Shown in pieces: positions 24,956-37,390 of a DNA stretch of 64,000 nucleotides. The stretch spans positions 127,102,001 to 127,166,000 of the forward strand of contig NW_024704742.1 of assembly GCF_018977255.1 (NCBI RefSeq), written 5' to 3'. The notes beneath the pieces are model-generated. The model worked only from the letters and a program-made list of their open reading frames with translations. It did no database searches and had not been told where the DNA came from. A program made the translations under genes and the position numbers. This DNA is from Callorhinchus milii. Taxonomy: Eukaryota. Positions within the stretch are counted from its first letter, which is position 1, and each line of letters opens with the position of its first letter.

Positions 24956-26699
24956 TCCTTGCTCGGTGCATATTGTTACATTTGTCAAGTGCTGTAGACA
25001 TTCCTTTAGATTAAAAATTGAAAAATGTTCCATTTAAAAATACGATTTGTGTTGACTACAATTTGATAAAGCAGGGATATTTCACAGGGAAGCACGTCAT
25101 GCTGCATAAGAAGTTTGCATTTTCCATTGAACGCTTAAAAGGTTTAACATGTGCTGCTGTTTTGCTAAACCTGCATTCAACCATGTACTTGCCTGTTTAC
25201 CTTTCTAATCTTCACAGTAATTATGTTTTTAATGCGTTACTTCGACTCATTCTTTTTCAGCAAATAAGTAACCGAATCAAACATTCGGTTTTATAGCTTA
25301 TCTTTACAGCACTTATTGAAGCAGGTGCTTGCTGGAGCAAAAACCCTAACAGAACAGGACTTGCATGGACTATTGAGAATGCTTGATGGGCCATTTGCCT
25401 TTTTCAACATAATACTTGTGTTCTGAATCATTTGAAATTACGATGCAAATAAAAATGTGTTGCTGAACATTCACTTAATGCTATGATTAGGAGTGAACAA
25501 AGATTCTTAATCCCATTTCAAACCATTCTTGGTCTAACGCTTTTAGGTTGAGGCTATTGGATCTGCCAGGAGCTTGCCACAGGTAACTCTTCAATGTTGG
25601 CATCACTATTTTGAGTAAACATATTTGCCCAAAATAATCAAGAGTGGTACCAATTTCTGCTCTTGAATCTGTCAATTCCTTTAACTTTTGGAGTGCTAAT
25701 ATTTGAGGAAAAGGAGTGGTGCTGTTTAAAATAAATAGGTATATAAATAAGTGTCTTATGGCTTAAAGATACTTTTACGAGGCAAAATTAGATTTCTGCT
25801 TCCATTCCATCCATCCCAGAAGGACACTTAACCTCCCATGTTGGGAGAGACAGTCGCTCTGTGGGATGGAAAAATCGCATCATTTATTAAACAAAAATCA
25901 GGTGGTACATTACACTTGCATTTAAACAGAAGATTTTAATTTCCAAATGGATAATATCCAACCTTTAACCCTCTGATTTTCTTTTAACATGTTGACAAAA
26001 GACTGTGACGTCAGCAAGATTAGTGAAAAAATATTTTCTTTGTCGACAGGTTCTGATGATGCAACGCCTTGATTATAATGAAGATTACTTTTCTGGAAAA
26101 TCCTCATCATTCTGACGGCTTTGTTTCACAGAGGTTAGTCAAAGGTCGCTATTGCAAACTGCCTGATGTACAAAAGCATGGGGTTTATCAAGTAGTATAG
26201 TACTGAAACAGGTTAGTGCTCTCAGTGCTCCTCTGAGCCCTATTTTACTAAATCAGTGGGGCCTCGTTAGAATTCAGTTTGATCAAAAAAATCTCACCCC
26301 ACACTATAGTGAGATGCACGACCTGGTTTCATTGTAATGCGTAAAGCCTGCAGGTTCATAAACTGCGCCAGTTCCCACAATGAAAGAAAAGATGGCTAAC
26401 ATCCAGATCATTGAATCACCGTCAGTGTCATTTACTGTTTGCTGTTCTTGCGCAAAAGCAGGAAGTGATGTCGGTGCTGACCTGATGACCGACTGCAAAG
26501 TTGTCCAATGTATCGTGAAAACCAGTGGGTGCAAGTATCGGCCAGCTGCACACATGAGCAGTGAGTAGAGTCCACAGTACAATCATATTATAGCCATTTG
26601 TGCTGCAATGAAGCACTCTAGGAACTACTCTGGTGCAAGCAACAGTAAATTTTTACTTTCTATTGCAATAATTGGGTAGAAAGGTTGATAGATAAGACA

Positions 26700-27125
26700 G
26701 TAGATGAGCAGTGGGGAACTTTCAAGCCAAGATAAAGCTGTACAAATAGGCAACTATTGACAATTAATAAACTGCTAAAACTTGGGTTCTTTGGATGAGT
26801 AGAGAAATTAAAATAAAATTTAAAAGAGAAGCTACAATAAATGTAAAGCTAATAATACAAAAGTACATAAATCCTTAAAGATGGGAAGTCAGGTGGACAA
26901 AGCTGTCAAAAAAGTAAATGGAATCTTAGGTTTTCTAAATAGGGGTATAATAATAATACTTGCATTTGATATAGCACCTTATCAAGTCATCGAGACGTCT
27001 CAAAACGCTTCACAAAATGTACTGTAAAGTGAATTGACTGTATATTTTGTGGGCGAAACGTGCAGAATATGAAGGCAAAAAGGTAATTGCCTTTATAACT
27101 TATATAAATCCTCAGTTAGACCGTA
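26700..27125 (+). mobile_element. Degenerate CR1 fragment with a SINE tail inserted at ~26949-27060
   Basis: caggtggacaaagctgtcaaaaaagtaaatggaatcttaggttttctaaataggggtata resembles the start of CR1 1660; the minus-strand SINE tail follows. Confidence 0.65.
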
Positions 27126-29589
27126 GTAACTGGCTGTATGCGATTTAGAGAAGTAACCCTGTGGTGCAAGGAAAGACTCCTTTGACAGCATGAGTGACAA
27201 ATCCTAGGTACACATTTATGCAGACTTCTTTTTAGGATAATCATGATTAATTAACTGAACTCTGATATTGTTTATCCATAATAATATTATTGTTTATCCA
27301 CCATTGGATTTGGTTTATTTTGGAAGAAACGTTATCATTCAGTAACATTTCTTGTTCACTTTAATCCACCTGCGATGTATCTGTTGTATTCTTTTCTAAG
27401 ATGATGAAAAATAGTGTCCTAAGCAGAGCACATTTGTAATTTGACTGTGCCATTATTTGTTGTACTCCAGTGAATTAATATGGATTGTTACTTGGGGTGG
27501 TTGATGGGACAACTGGTTACTGCACTTTGAGACCAATTTGTGGAGGGGTGGAGGAGCTCTGTGCCCTGAAACTTCCCGTCAAGCTTCTGAGTTGAGGCAC
27601 TTCCCCTGTCATTTGAACAAATCTTTAGCAAATTCTTCCTTCCCCCTCTCTCCCCCCTGAAGATCCATGTACTGTTACCCTCAATGATCCTGAGTGACAC
27701 GGTAGTATTCATTGGATTTGTGTCTTCATGTGAAAAACCCCCCTGAAAAAATAGGTTGACAAATGCTCCTTAATGAAGACTTTACCTTTCAAAAAGATGC
27801 TTATAATTAGGTTGTGCACCACCGTATTGCTTGGTACTTGGGGAAAGAGAAACCTTTCAATTTCCTGGGGAACTAAAAATGACTTGGTATAGAGTAACAG
27901 CTTGATGCATTGCTCCAGGTATATCAGTGTGCAGTGGAAAGGGATGCTGCAACTAAATATGAACGTGCTTTAAAGTCCTTGAAACCTAACCTAAGTTTTT
28001 GAATACGTTTACCACCTTCATATCAGAACTTTTCCCTGGAGTGGGGGAGGTGTGAGCGTGCGCTGGAGAGGGGCTGATGACGTGCCTCCCAACAGTCGCA
28101 CAAGTGCTCTGGGACGCTACTCTGCATATAAATCCAAGTTGTTGTTGTTGCCAGTTTTGCGGAGCTGTCCTGGAGGGGACGTTCCCCTGAGGGCCAGTTC
28201 CCGCCACAACTAAACCCCATCTCTATCTTTCTTCACTGCAACCCCAAATTTCATTGCTTTGTACGGAGTTTAAACATTTAAAATTGTTTTTAAGAGAGTC
28301 CATGATCATTGCATCTTTTATGCATCATTGTTTCATTTTTTTAGTATCTGCACTACCCAACAAAAGATCGTTTAGGCGGTACTTTACAATTTACATTTAT
28401 ATAAGCCCTTTTATGTCAGGAAGATGTGACGAAAAAGTGCTTCACAGTGCTGGATGGGCCCCCAAGCTGAGTGGGGAGGGAAAAGATGACCAAAAGTATG
28501 ATCGAAGATGTGTGTTCTTGAGATGACATTGAAAGAGGGAGAGATGGAGGGACTCCGGGATGGAATATTGCATACTGTTGACAAAAAGCCTTTTGTGTGA
28601 CTTGGCGCTTCAGTAATATTAAGCCACTAACACCCAATATCTGAGTATTGCACACTCTCCTGTGCTCTGGTTAGTTTGATTAGCTGCAGCAAATATTGTT
28701 AGGCTTCCTGTTTCTAATTTATTGCTGGAAGTCCATGGAACTGTATTGTTTTAAATCCAACAGTACAACCAGAGCCTAAATGCTTCGCAAATTCACCTTC
28801 TTCAAATACTTTTATTTAATCTTTAAATAAGATAGCATTCTGGTAAAAGGATAAACTAATGTTCAGTACAGTCTTATGAGACTGAAGTTATAAGATTTGT
28901 TGCTTTACTTCCAGATAGTAAAAGATGTTCTTTGATTGTACAATTTAACTTTGATTTGGAGTGCTTGACTCTTACTGCTATGTACTGTATTAATTTTGAA
29001 AATTAACCCTTTGCTGTGTAAGCATAGCATACATCGTATAGTGTCTCATTTGAAAACATCTGATATGTTACACCAAGCTTCTGCAACATGAACACCATTT
29101 CCTAGTAGCCAGGATTAGTATATAGGCTTAATTTCAAGATGTATTTATATCTTATATATTATTGTCTAAAATGTTCATTTGGTTACTTACACCGTGCTGA
29201 GACTACAGTCCCCAGAAGGATTTTGTAATCGTAATCCTTGTATTTGATATTATACTTTTCACATCGGAAGAACGCTCAAAACAAATTCACAGGATTTACT
29301 GTTAAAATGTCCCGCTGTCTACTATCCACATTTGTCCAACTCTGTGAGATGTTGTGCTAAAGACACTAAGTAAATGCAAGTTTATTGCCGTGGTCTTTGT
29401 GGGGTGTTTTGAATTGACTGTGCTATGAAGGCAATACTCCCTAGTCTCAATAGATCCAGAAGAAGGAAACAAAGCAGCCAAGTTTACTGGACAACGTGTG
29501 ATCGTTATCAAGTCACTGCTGCAATAAAAATACACTTGAGAACTCTCTCTCTCTCTCTTTCTCTCCCTCCCTCCCTCCCTCCCCCGAAC

Positions 29590-29880
29590 TTCTGACACCC
29601 ACAATCCCCGCCTGAGCTGCCCTATTGTGCCCCTGCTCTCTGAAACACCTTCCAGGAATTTATTCACCCTGTCCTCTCCCTGTTTTCACAACCACCTTAA
29701 CATCCAAGCCCTGCTGTGCTTTCAGCTATTTCTTCCTTATTCTCAACCGCCCCCAAACCCCACCCCCCCCCCCCCCCCCCTCCCACCCCAGCTTGAACAC
29801 AGAGGAAGTGGGGTGAAGTGCTGGTGGTGATCTCCCGATGTGAAAGGTGCTAGCTATACAAATGTAATTTATCATTGTTG
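29590..29880 (+). mobile_element. Degenerate L2 3' end with a poly-C tract; preceded by (CT)n/(CCCT)n at ~29543-29585
   Basis: Tail ctcccgatgtgaaaggtgctagctatacaaatgtaattt. Confidence 0.55.
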
Positions 29881-32244
29881 CTGCATCTATTAAGCAGAGA
29901 ATAATACCTCAAACATCTGTCATTCTTTGTAACACTGGTTGGAGAAGCCTTGGATATAGAGCAAGGATTTTGTGACCTTCCATTCCATAGCGAGCTTGGA
30001 GTTCTTCTCTGGTAATCTTAGAATGGAACTAGTGAATTGTAGACCTTGCTCTCCATTCACAATCAAGCTGAAGGGTGATGTACATCTGTAAAACTGAGAA
30101 CCGAACATTGTATTCATATTTTAAGAAACTGAATAATTTTCCTTCTGATTGTTGATGTGTACCTTTTAAAAAAAAATCTTTAGAGAATTTTTATTTTTAA
30201 AAATGTGCATATTGTCATTGCTGTGGCTTAATCTCCAAGGTTTCCCATTATGTATCTTTCTTTCAAAAGGAAATGTGCTGAAAAGCAAGTGTTCCAAAGA
30301 AATGCTACATTCCTGTTTAATGTGCTCATCTCTGATGAATTGCCTCAGTTTGCCATGTAATGGATGTGGAATTTGGTTGCAGATTCTCCAAATTCTTTAT
30401 TTGCAAATTAAGGTACTGAGTCCATTATAAATCTCCATACAAAGACAATCTCTGAGACTCATTCATCAGCACACACAAACGAAATCCATTAGTAGAGAAG
30501 CTTTTAAGGCATGGTATATTTTAATTTCTCACAGATTAGACTTCATAATAAAGCAGGCACTTGCAGAAATGTGCATATTGAAAACAGTACACTACAATGA
30601 AAAATATAAAATAACAGTTTACCAGATTACCAGCAATCCCTACTAAATGTGGGAAAAATGCCAGTTTCAGAACTGCTTCTTAATTATATTTGAAAATAAT
30701 CATGTCAAGATGGGATTATGATCTAAATTGTCAAATAGGTTAACCTAGAAGATCACACAATAGCACCATGGTAGGTGATATCCTTACATCATCTGATCAG
30801 ATCCCCCACAAAGAATCATTCATAAAATTTGCTGATGATGCCCAGCCAAGTGGCCAACTGGAGTCCTGTAGTGTATTGGTTAGACACTCTCCTCCCAAGT
30901 GGGTGGACCTAGGTTCAATTCCTGGCAGGACGAAACGTTAAGCAAGCAACAGGTAGAATAAAACTATTTCTATTCTAAAAATGTCACAAATGTGATCTGA
31001 TCTAAAACTTCTATTTACCAAATCAATAATGTTACACTGGATTAAATTACCCATTTGTGTAGATATATATCACCAGTCCTGTGATGTGCACTTATTTGAA
31101 CTGTGACATAAGGTATTCTAACTAAGCATTCTAACCAATCTTTCACAAGAGCAGTCGAGTGAATGGAGGAGGAAATATCTAGCCCAACCTTCAAGATTAG
31201 AATCAAAGCCAGAAGGTATAAAATGGTAACTCACTGCATCACCGCCCAATCCCTCAGCTTTATTCAAAGAAGGAGAATATCTAATTTGGAATAAGAATGG
31301 CCAATCAAGCCCACTCCTTGCATAGACTTTGCAAAGTTCTGCTGAGATGATCCCTCTCCATCAAGCTGATCCAGCTACAAATTCAGAAGATTGTACATGT
31401 TCTCAAAAGTATCCCTTCCCTCTTTCTGCTCTTCGTAGTGAGGGATATCCATATTAGGTCGCTCAACTTTTTTTATCCAAGACCATAGACTGCTTCAAGG
31501 TCAGATGTTGCAAGACAAACTTCCGCCCACAAATACACTTTACAATATATTCTGAAGCGCTTTGAGATGTCTTGACGACATAATAAGCCATTATAATCAA
31601 ATGCAAGGATTGTTATTATTATTATTACTTGTCATTTCCAGAAATAAGACTCAACAATTGAATGCGCTTACATGTGGGTTTTTGCTGTGGATTCATGCCA
31701 TTTGAGAATTGCTTGGAGACTTTGCAAACTTAATTAGTTTTGGACACTCAGCCCTGCTCTGTCTTAGAAGAGAAAATGTTCTAACCCCTTGTGCTACCCA
31801 GTGCTTCAGAGGGAATGTTTGGAATTGCATTATGTTCAGAAGTTTAATTGGAAAACATTTGGGGTTGTTTTGCTATCTCTTCCTCACTTCTATTGACCAA
31901 GAGATTTCAATTTCTGCTAAAACTTAAATAAGCAACTATGCACCAGCCAAGGCCAGTCTATTTTTATTTCTTCTCGTGTGAATTTTGCAACAGTTTTATT
32001 TTTGGAGGAGCATTTATCTGATGAAATAGGAAATCATTTGTAAATCAGAAATATTTCCACTGTACAAAAAAAGTTCTGAATCTTATCACATTAATAGTTG
32101 TACTATGACGATTGGTGCATATCTCCATGCCAACATTAGTAAACGAACCTCTGGAAGTCTCTCTCCATCTCATCCCCTTCTTTCAAAAGCCACTGAAAAC
32201 TTACTCCTTTAACCAGCTGTACACCCACTTCCTCCTTCCTTTTT

Positions 32245-32870
32245 TTTGGTTAGCCGGATGTATGACACTTGAGGAAACACATCACCATGCTTAAGAGTGT
32301 CCAAATCAAGCTGAAATTTCCATGCATCCCACCTACACATGGAATTCCCAGAGATAGATTGTTGGAATGGAATCCGCATTCTCTCCCTGGAGGGATGCAT
32401 CCTGCCGAAACACTGATAGTCCAGCGCCTTGGGACGTCCTCCCGACGTGAAAGGACTCCACAAATGTAACTTTGTTGTTGTTGCTTACCTAATTCCAGAA
32501 CGTATTTGGCACAGGTTGGCAAGAGCCAAGGCTTGGGGACCCCAGAGTGTGCGTTGGGATACTGCTGGAGTCTAACCAGCTAAAACCACATAGCTTGCCA
32601 TTGATATTGCTGTCTGACAAGCTTACCCGTTGCTGGTTCAGCTAGGACCACCCTACCCATTAGGGCTTTGGCTTACAGGGTTAACAGGAGCTGAGTGGGA
32701 ACGATTCCCTTCCCCCAGTAACTAATCTGCCCTTCCTGGTCCTGCAGATGAGCCAGGCTGGCTGTGCTGTCAACAGCAGTGCCCTGGAATACTGTGGTCT
32801 TGCCTGGCTCAGGAACCAGAATACTGAGATGGCCACAGAGGGTTGGCTTCATTCCGATATTCCATTGCCC
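32245..32870 (+). repeat. Unclassified interspersed repeat, copy 2 (with an L2 tail insert at ~32406-32483)
   Basis: Colinear with 14495-14935; the empty site catcctgc|ttacc is seen in copy 1. Confidence 0.8.
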
Positions 32871-33104
32871 GGCACGTCACCTTGGTACTAGTTCAGCTCC
32901 AAGGAGACCCCGCTTAACCTCCTCCCTACCTGTGTGGCACCGTTTCTTTAAAATGCTCCAAGGCGTTACTTCACATGGATGCAATACAAATGCGAGTTGT
33001 ACTTTTGATGACTTTATCATTGTTAAAACCTAATGGTGTGAAATATTTCAAACTAACTGTCAATTATATATATTTTTTCAAATGATTAAATTATTTTCTT
33101 TCAG

Positions 33105-33363
33105 ACCTGCAGTAAAAGCAAACAAAAGTCGTGCATAAAGCAAAAAAAAGTTGATCATCTTTAAGCTAACTTATGCTCCAGTGATGGTGGAAGTTACTCT
33201 GCAACCAGTTTGTGTCTGCAGTTGTAAAGATGGAAGATTTCCCGAAATAGCTGAGGCGGACACGACAATCATTTGGAATCTCTTGTACAAAGAAAGGTGT
33301 GTGGTGGCACAGCTTATCCCCAAGCGACAAGACCATCAGGGTAACCAGTTGGATAGAGGAGTG
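33105..33363 (+). other. Candidate non-coding (5' UTR) exon of ATOSB
   Basis: Acceptor ttattttctttcag|33105 and donor GTG|GTAAGT after 33363 bracket 259 nt of non-repetitive sequence. The frame that would join the ATOSB frame contains stops, so it is not coding. Confidence 0.4.
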
Positions 33364-33839
33364 GTAAGTTCAACTTGTTGGGTGATCTGTTAACTGTGTG
33401 AGATATTGTACATCATGCCCCAATGTTGTAATGTTTAATCTGAAACCGATGTTCTGTCCTGTGTGTCTTAAGTTGCTTTCAGAAAGACTTGGGAACCTGA
33501 TATTCCAAATTAGTCCTATGGTTGGCAAGAATATTTTATGTTATGTTTTCTACAAAAAAATCCTGAAATAATGCTTTAATTTCATGTAGTGATGTGAGAT
33601 TTCTGTATACAATCCATTAGAATCTTGTTTTTGGTGCTGTTATTTGACTTTTATTTGTTTAATACTGTACTTTCTGTTTCTAACTTGGTGATTTTTAAAG
33701 CCTTAATAAAAGTTCAGAAGTGGCTGGATTTGTGGCTCATGTTTAGGAACCGAATTCTGTGCCTGAGTCATTCATGGAGGGAAGTGGCTGATTAACTTGC
33801 ATATGGCTTTAAGATTCTGATGTTGACTGGATAAAACTG

Positions 33840-34149
33840 ATAATAATAATCCTTGAATTTGATATAGCGCTTTTCATGTCTTCTAGAGATCTCAAAGTGC
33901 TTCATTGAATATACTGTAAAGTAAATTGACTGCATTTTTATGGGCGAAAAGTGGCAGCCAATTGTGCACAGCAATGTCCCACAAACAGTCGTGGATTGAA
34001 GTGACCAAATTATTATTGTTTTTTTTTCTTAAGAGATTATTATCAGGCGTGTGGAGTAAGGAAAATTGCCCAAGGTTTCGTCCTGACGGGAATCAAACCC
34101 AGGTCTCTCGCTTGTGAGGCGAGTGCTCTAATCACTGAGCTACAGGACT
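33840..34149 (-). mobile_element. tRNA-derived SINE (short variant)
   Basis: Colinear with 20622-20931. Confidence 0.9.
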
Positions 34150-36889
34150 TAACCACTAAATCTTGAAAAAGAGAGAAAATGGTCTGGTGGACAAACTTAA
34201 AATTATCAATGCCAATGGAGGCGATGTATGTTAAAAGCATAAATCAGTATTTATTTTGAAAATAGGTTTAATTCTGCTGCACACACAGTAGATTCCAGCT
34301 GATGTGCAGTGATGCAACACAGTCTCCATTTGATAAGTAGTTAAAACCCAACTATGAAGATGTTTTGCTTTTGGAGAAAAAATGTGAATTTTGCTGCCGC
34401 ACACTGTAAATGGACTGACCGTATTTTGTGTGCGAAATTAGTGAAATTATCTTTCCTGGATTCCCACCTTACTGTCTTATCACAACAAGAAGCTTTTTTT
34501 AAATGAGTGCAGTGTCTTGGCCAAAACTACGCTTCCTATCAACCTTTTCCAGCACTTTGGGCCATCCTCCCGACGTGAAAGGCGCTCTATAGATGTAATT
34601 TTGTTGTTGTTTTCCAATTGCTAATTACCCTCTGTAAAGAAAAACTTCCTATCTATCCTGAAATTGCCCTTTGCAATTCTAAAACCTATATCCTCTGGTT
34701 CTGCTGTCTTCAAAATTGTTTTGAGTTTAAACTTTCATACACCTATATTCGGTCCCCAATGAGACATCTTCTGTCAAGACTGAAGAACCCAGTTTGCCTA
34801 ACTGTTGCTCATTCCTGAGGATCAATTTTTTTTAAAGTTACGTTAGCTTTTGTTTTAATTTTTACATGCAATACGTTTCTAAAATATTAATGGGATTTCT
34901 CTAAAGCATCCTAAATATTTTTCAATAATTTGGATCATGGTAGAAACCGGAAACGCTTTGAATTACAATGCAGTGTAAAATATATATTTTTAAGAATTTG
35001 CACAAATCACAATGAAACAAATTGAATGTTTTGTAGTCCAAGTAAATGATATGTGCTAGGAGTTCATGTTTTTAACTGATAGTTGGCAACCTTCTCTTTT
35101 GGAATTGGATGAGTCTTTAAAAGGCATAATAAAGGTTCTACAATACTGTGTTGCATAATAAGCACATTTTCTTTCCAGTTTAAATCTTGAAGTGGCAGTA
35201 ATTAATTTGCTCCTTTGCCGAATTGTGCAAAAGTGCCACATTTTCACTGTTGTGAAGACATTCAACAATGTAAGGCTATAAAGTCTGTTGGAGGAAATCA
35301 ACTCAAACCAAATGTCTTGCTTTTTTAACCTCAAAGGGATGTTACTGGCTCTCTTCATTTGCAAATAATATTTCTTTTTCTGGTACACTTGTCCATAGTT
35401 GGAAGGCATTCTTGCTGTTTTAATGACTGATTAAACCAGTTAATTAAATCTTTGTCCACATGTTTATTTTTCGAAACTCTTGGCAATTACAAAAAAATCC
35501 CAACTTAAAATCGTTGCACATTAAAAATATAAATTAGCGCTTTTGTTTAACGAGTGGTTGGAATTTGACGGCACTTAAAGTGGGCCACACCCTATTGGTA
35601 AATAACCCTGTTAAGAGGGAGTCAAGAGCATATTCGCTGATTGATGGTTTCTGTAGCTTCATATAGAATATAAGGCAGCAGGATGAGATTCAGGGTTGCA
35701 AAAGGCAGTTTTTGGATTCATGCCACAAAATATTTATTTTCACAGATGGTAGTCTACAAGAGTTGGGTTGGCAGAAGTAAAGATACTGGACTTGTGTGAG
35801 AAATAGCTGGATGGGAAAACGAGGGTTGGATTTGACTTGATTTCACTTCAGATCCTGTGGTGATTCACAGTTTCAGTTGGAGAGAGCACTGATTCCATGG
35901 GTGAGGAGAGTAGACTTAGTGGTTTGATGCTGGTAACTTGCCATTTGCTTCTTTAAGACGTCTGGGTCAACCCGGGACAGTTGGAACAAATTGCTGTATT
36001 TGCTGTTTGTTTCACTTTAAGCCAAAAATGCACCCTTTTCAGTTTAAATTGCTTTTCCAGATTCTGCAAACTGATCTAATTTCACACACATTGCAACTCC
36101 TGTGAAAGGAATAAAGGGAAAAGCATCCAGCAATCAGTGCTTTCATTTTCAGACCGAATAAAAATGCAGCCCACTTTAACGCACTTCATTATAGTGTGAA
36201 TTTGTGGAAAATGCTGTTGCTCAGTGGACTTTGTTCATTGTGCATGTTTGTAGTTTCCTGCTTGCTGACTGGCTTTTCATGCTAAAATGGCAGACTTCTG
36301 GTTCATTAAGTTGATGTCACTTCCTTCTTTGCTGTGCGTGCGCAGCACAGGAAGTGATGTTGGTGGAAACCGAATGACCCAGAATTCAGTCATTTTTGTT
36401 TCCTGTGCTTAAAAACAAGGTTGACTTCAGGATTAGCTTTACACATGCACAGAAAACGGTTAGCAAGTTGCGTGAATTGGTATTGTGCCTCATTATAATA
36501 TTGTGCATGTGGGATGGCATTTTCTGGATCATAATAATAATAATCCTTGCATTTGATATATAACATCATCTTACAATGGGGCTGTACTTTATATATGAAT
36601 ACAAAAAGGACAATCGCGGCACAAAGCCAGTTCACATATACTGTATGTTGAACTTGACTCATTTGATTTAATCTTACAAGAATCCACATCAAAGTCACTC
36701 CCTCTTTCCTTGCACAAAGAAAAATGTAAGCAATATCCTATCAAACGTGACTTCCTTGACTATAATATATATATAACTTGCAATAATAATAATCCTTGCA
36801 TTTGATATAGTGCCTTATTATGTCTTCGAGATGACTCAAAGTGCTTCACAGAATATACTGAATATATTAAGTGAGCAGGGAATAAAACA

Positions 36890-37390
36890 TTTAAAGTACT
36901 GTGTTTTAAGGCTGTTTTGAGGTAGGAAGCGAGGTAGCAATGAGATGTGGCATTGAAGAGACCTATAGAGGCAGCAGTATGGTGGCTGAAGACTCGGGCA
37001 CCAATTGTGGAATGAGGGGAGCAAGCAATCGAAAACAATCTGGAAAATGGAGAGTCCTAGTAGCAATGTTGAGCTGAAGAAGGTTGTAAAGGTAGTGTGG
37101 GTGAGACAATGGAAGAAATGATCAGCACAGCCTTGATCTTCTAAAATACTGGGAGCCAGTGGAGCTTGGTAATGATGGGGTTCGTGCTTATGCATGGGAA
37201 AATCTCAGGCTGTAGTTCTGGATCAGTTAAAGCTTTGGAAAGTGGAGCTGGAAGGCTGACAAGTTAGAAAATATCTTCTTGAGGTGATGAAGCATGAATT
37301 TGGGTTTCGGCAGTTGTATGGTCGAGGTAAGGGAATAACAGCAATGTTTTAGAAGTGGAAGAAGGCAATCTTATTAATGGACCAAATGCC
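36890..37390 (-). mobile_element. Degenerate L2 3' fragment preceded by a SINE tail (~36782-36865)
   Basis: Minus ORF 36760..37038 PHSTIGARVFSH...; SINE tail aataataatccttgcatttgatatag. Confidence 0.55.

Noticed and set aside
27815..27862. Short similarity to 62181-62222 (gtacttggg.aaag..gaaacc.tt)
   Set aside because: About 45 nt with gaps; I could not extend it convincingly by eye.
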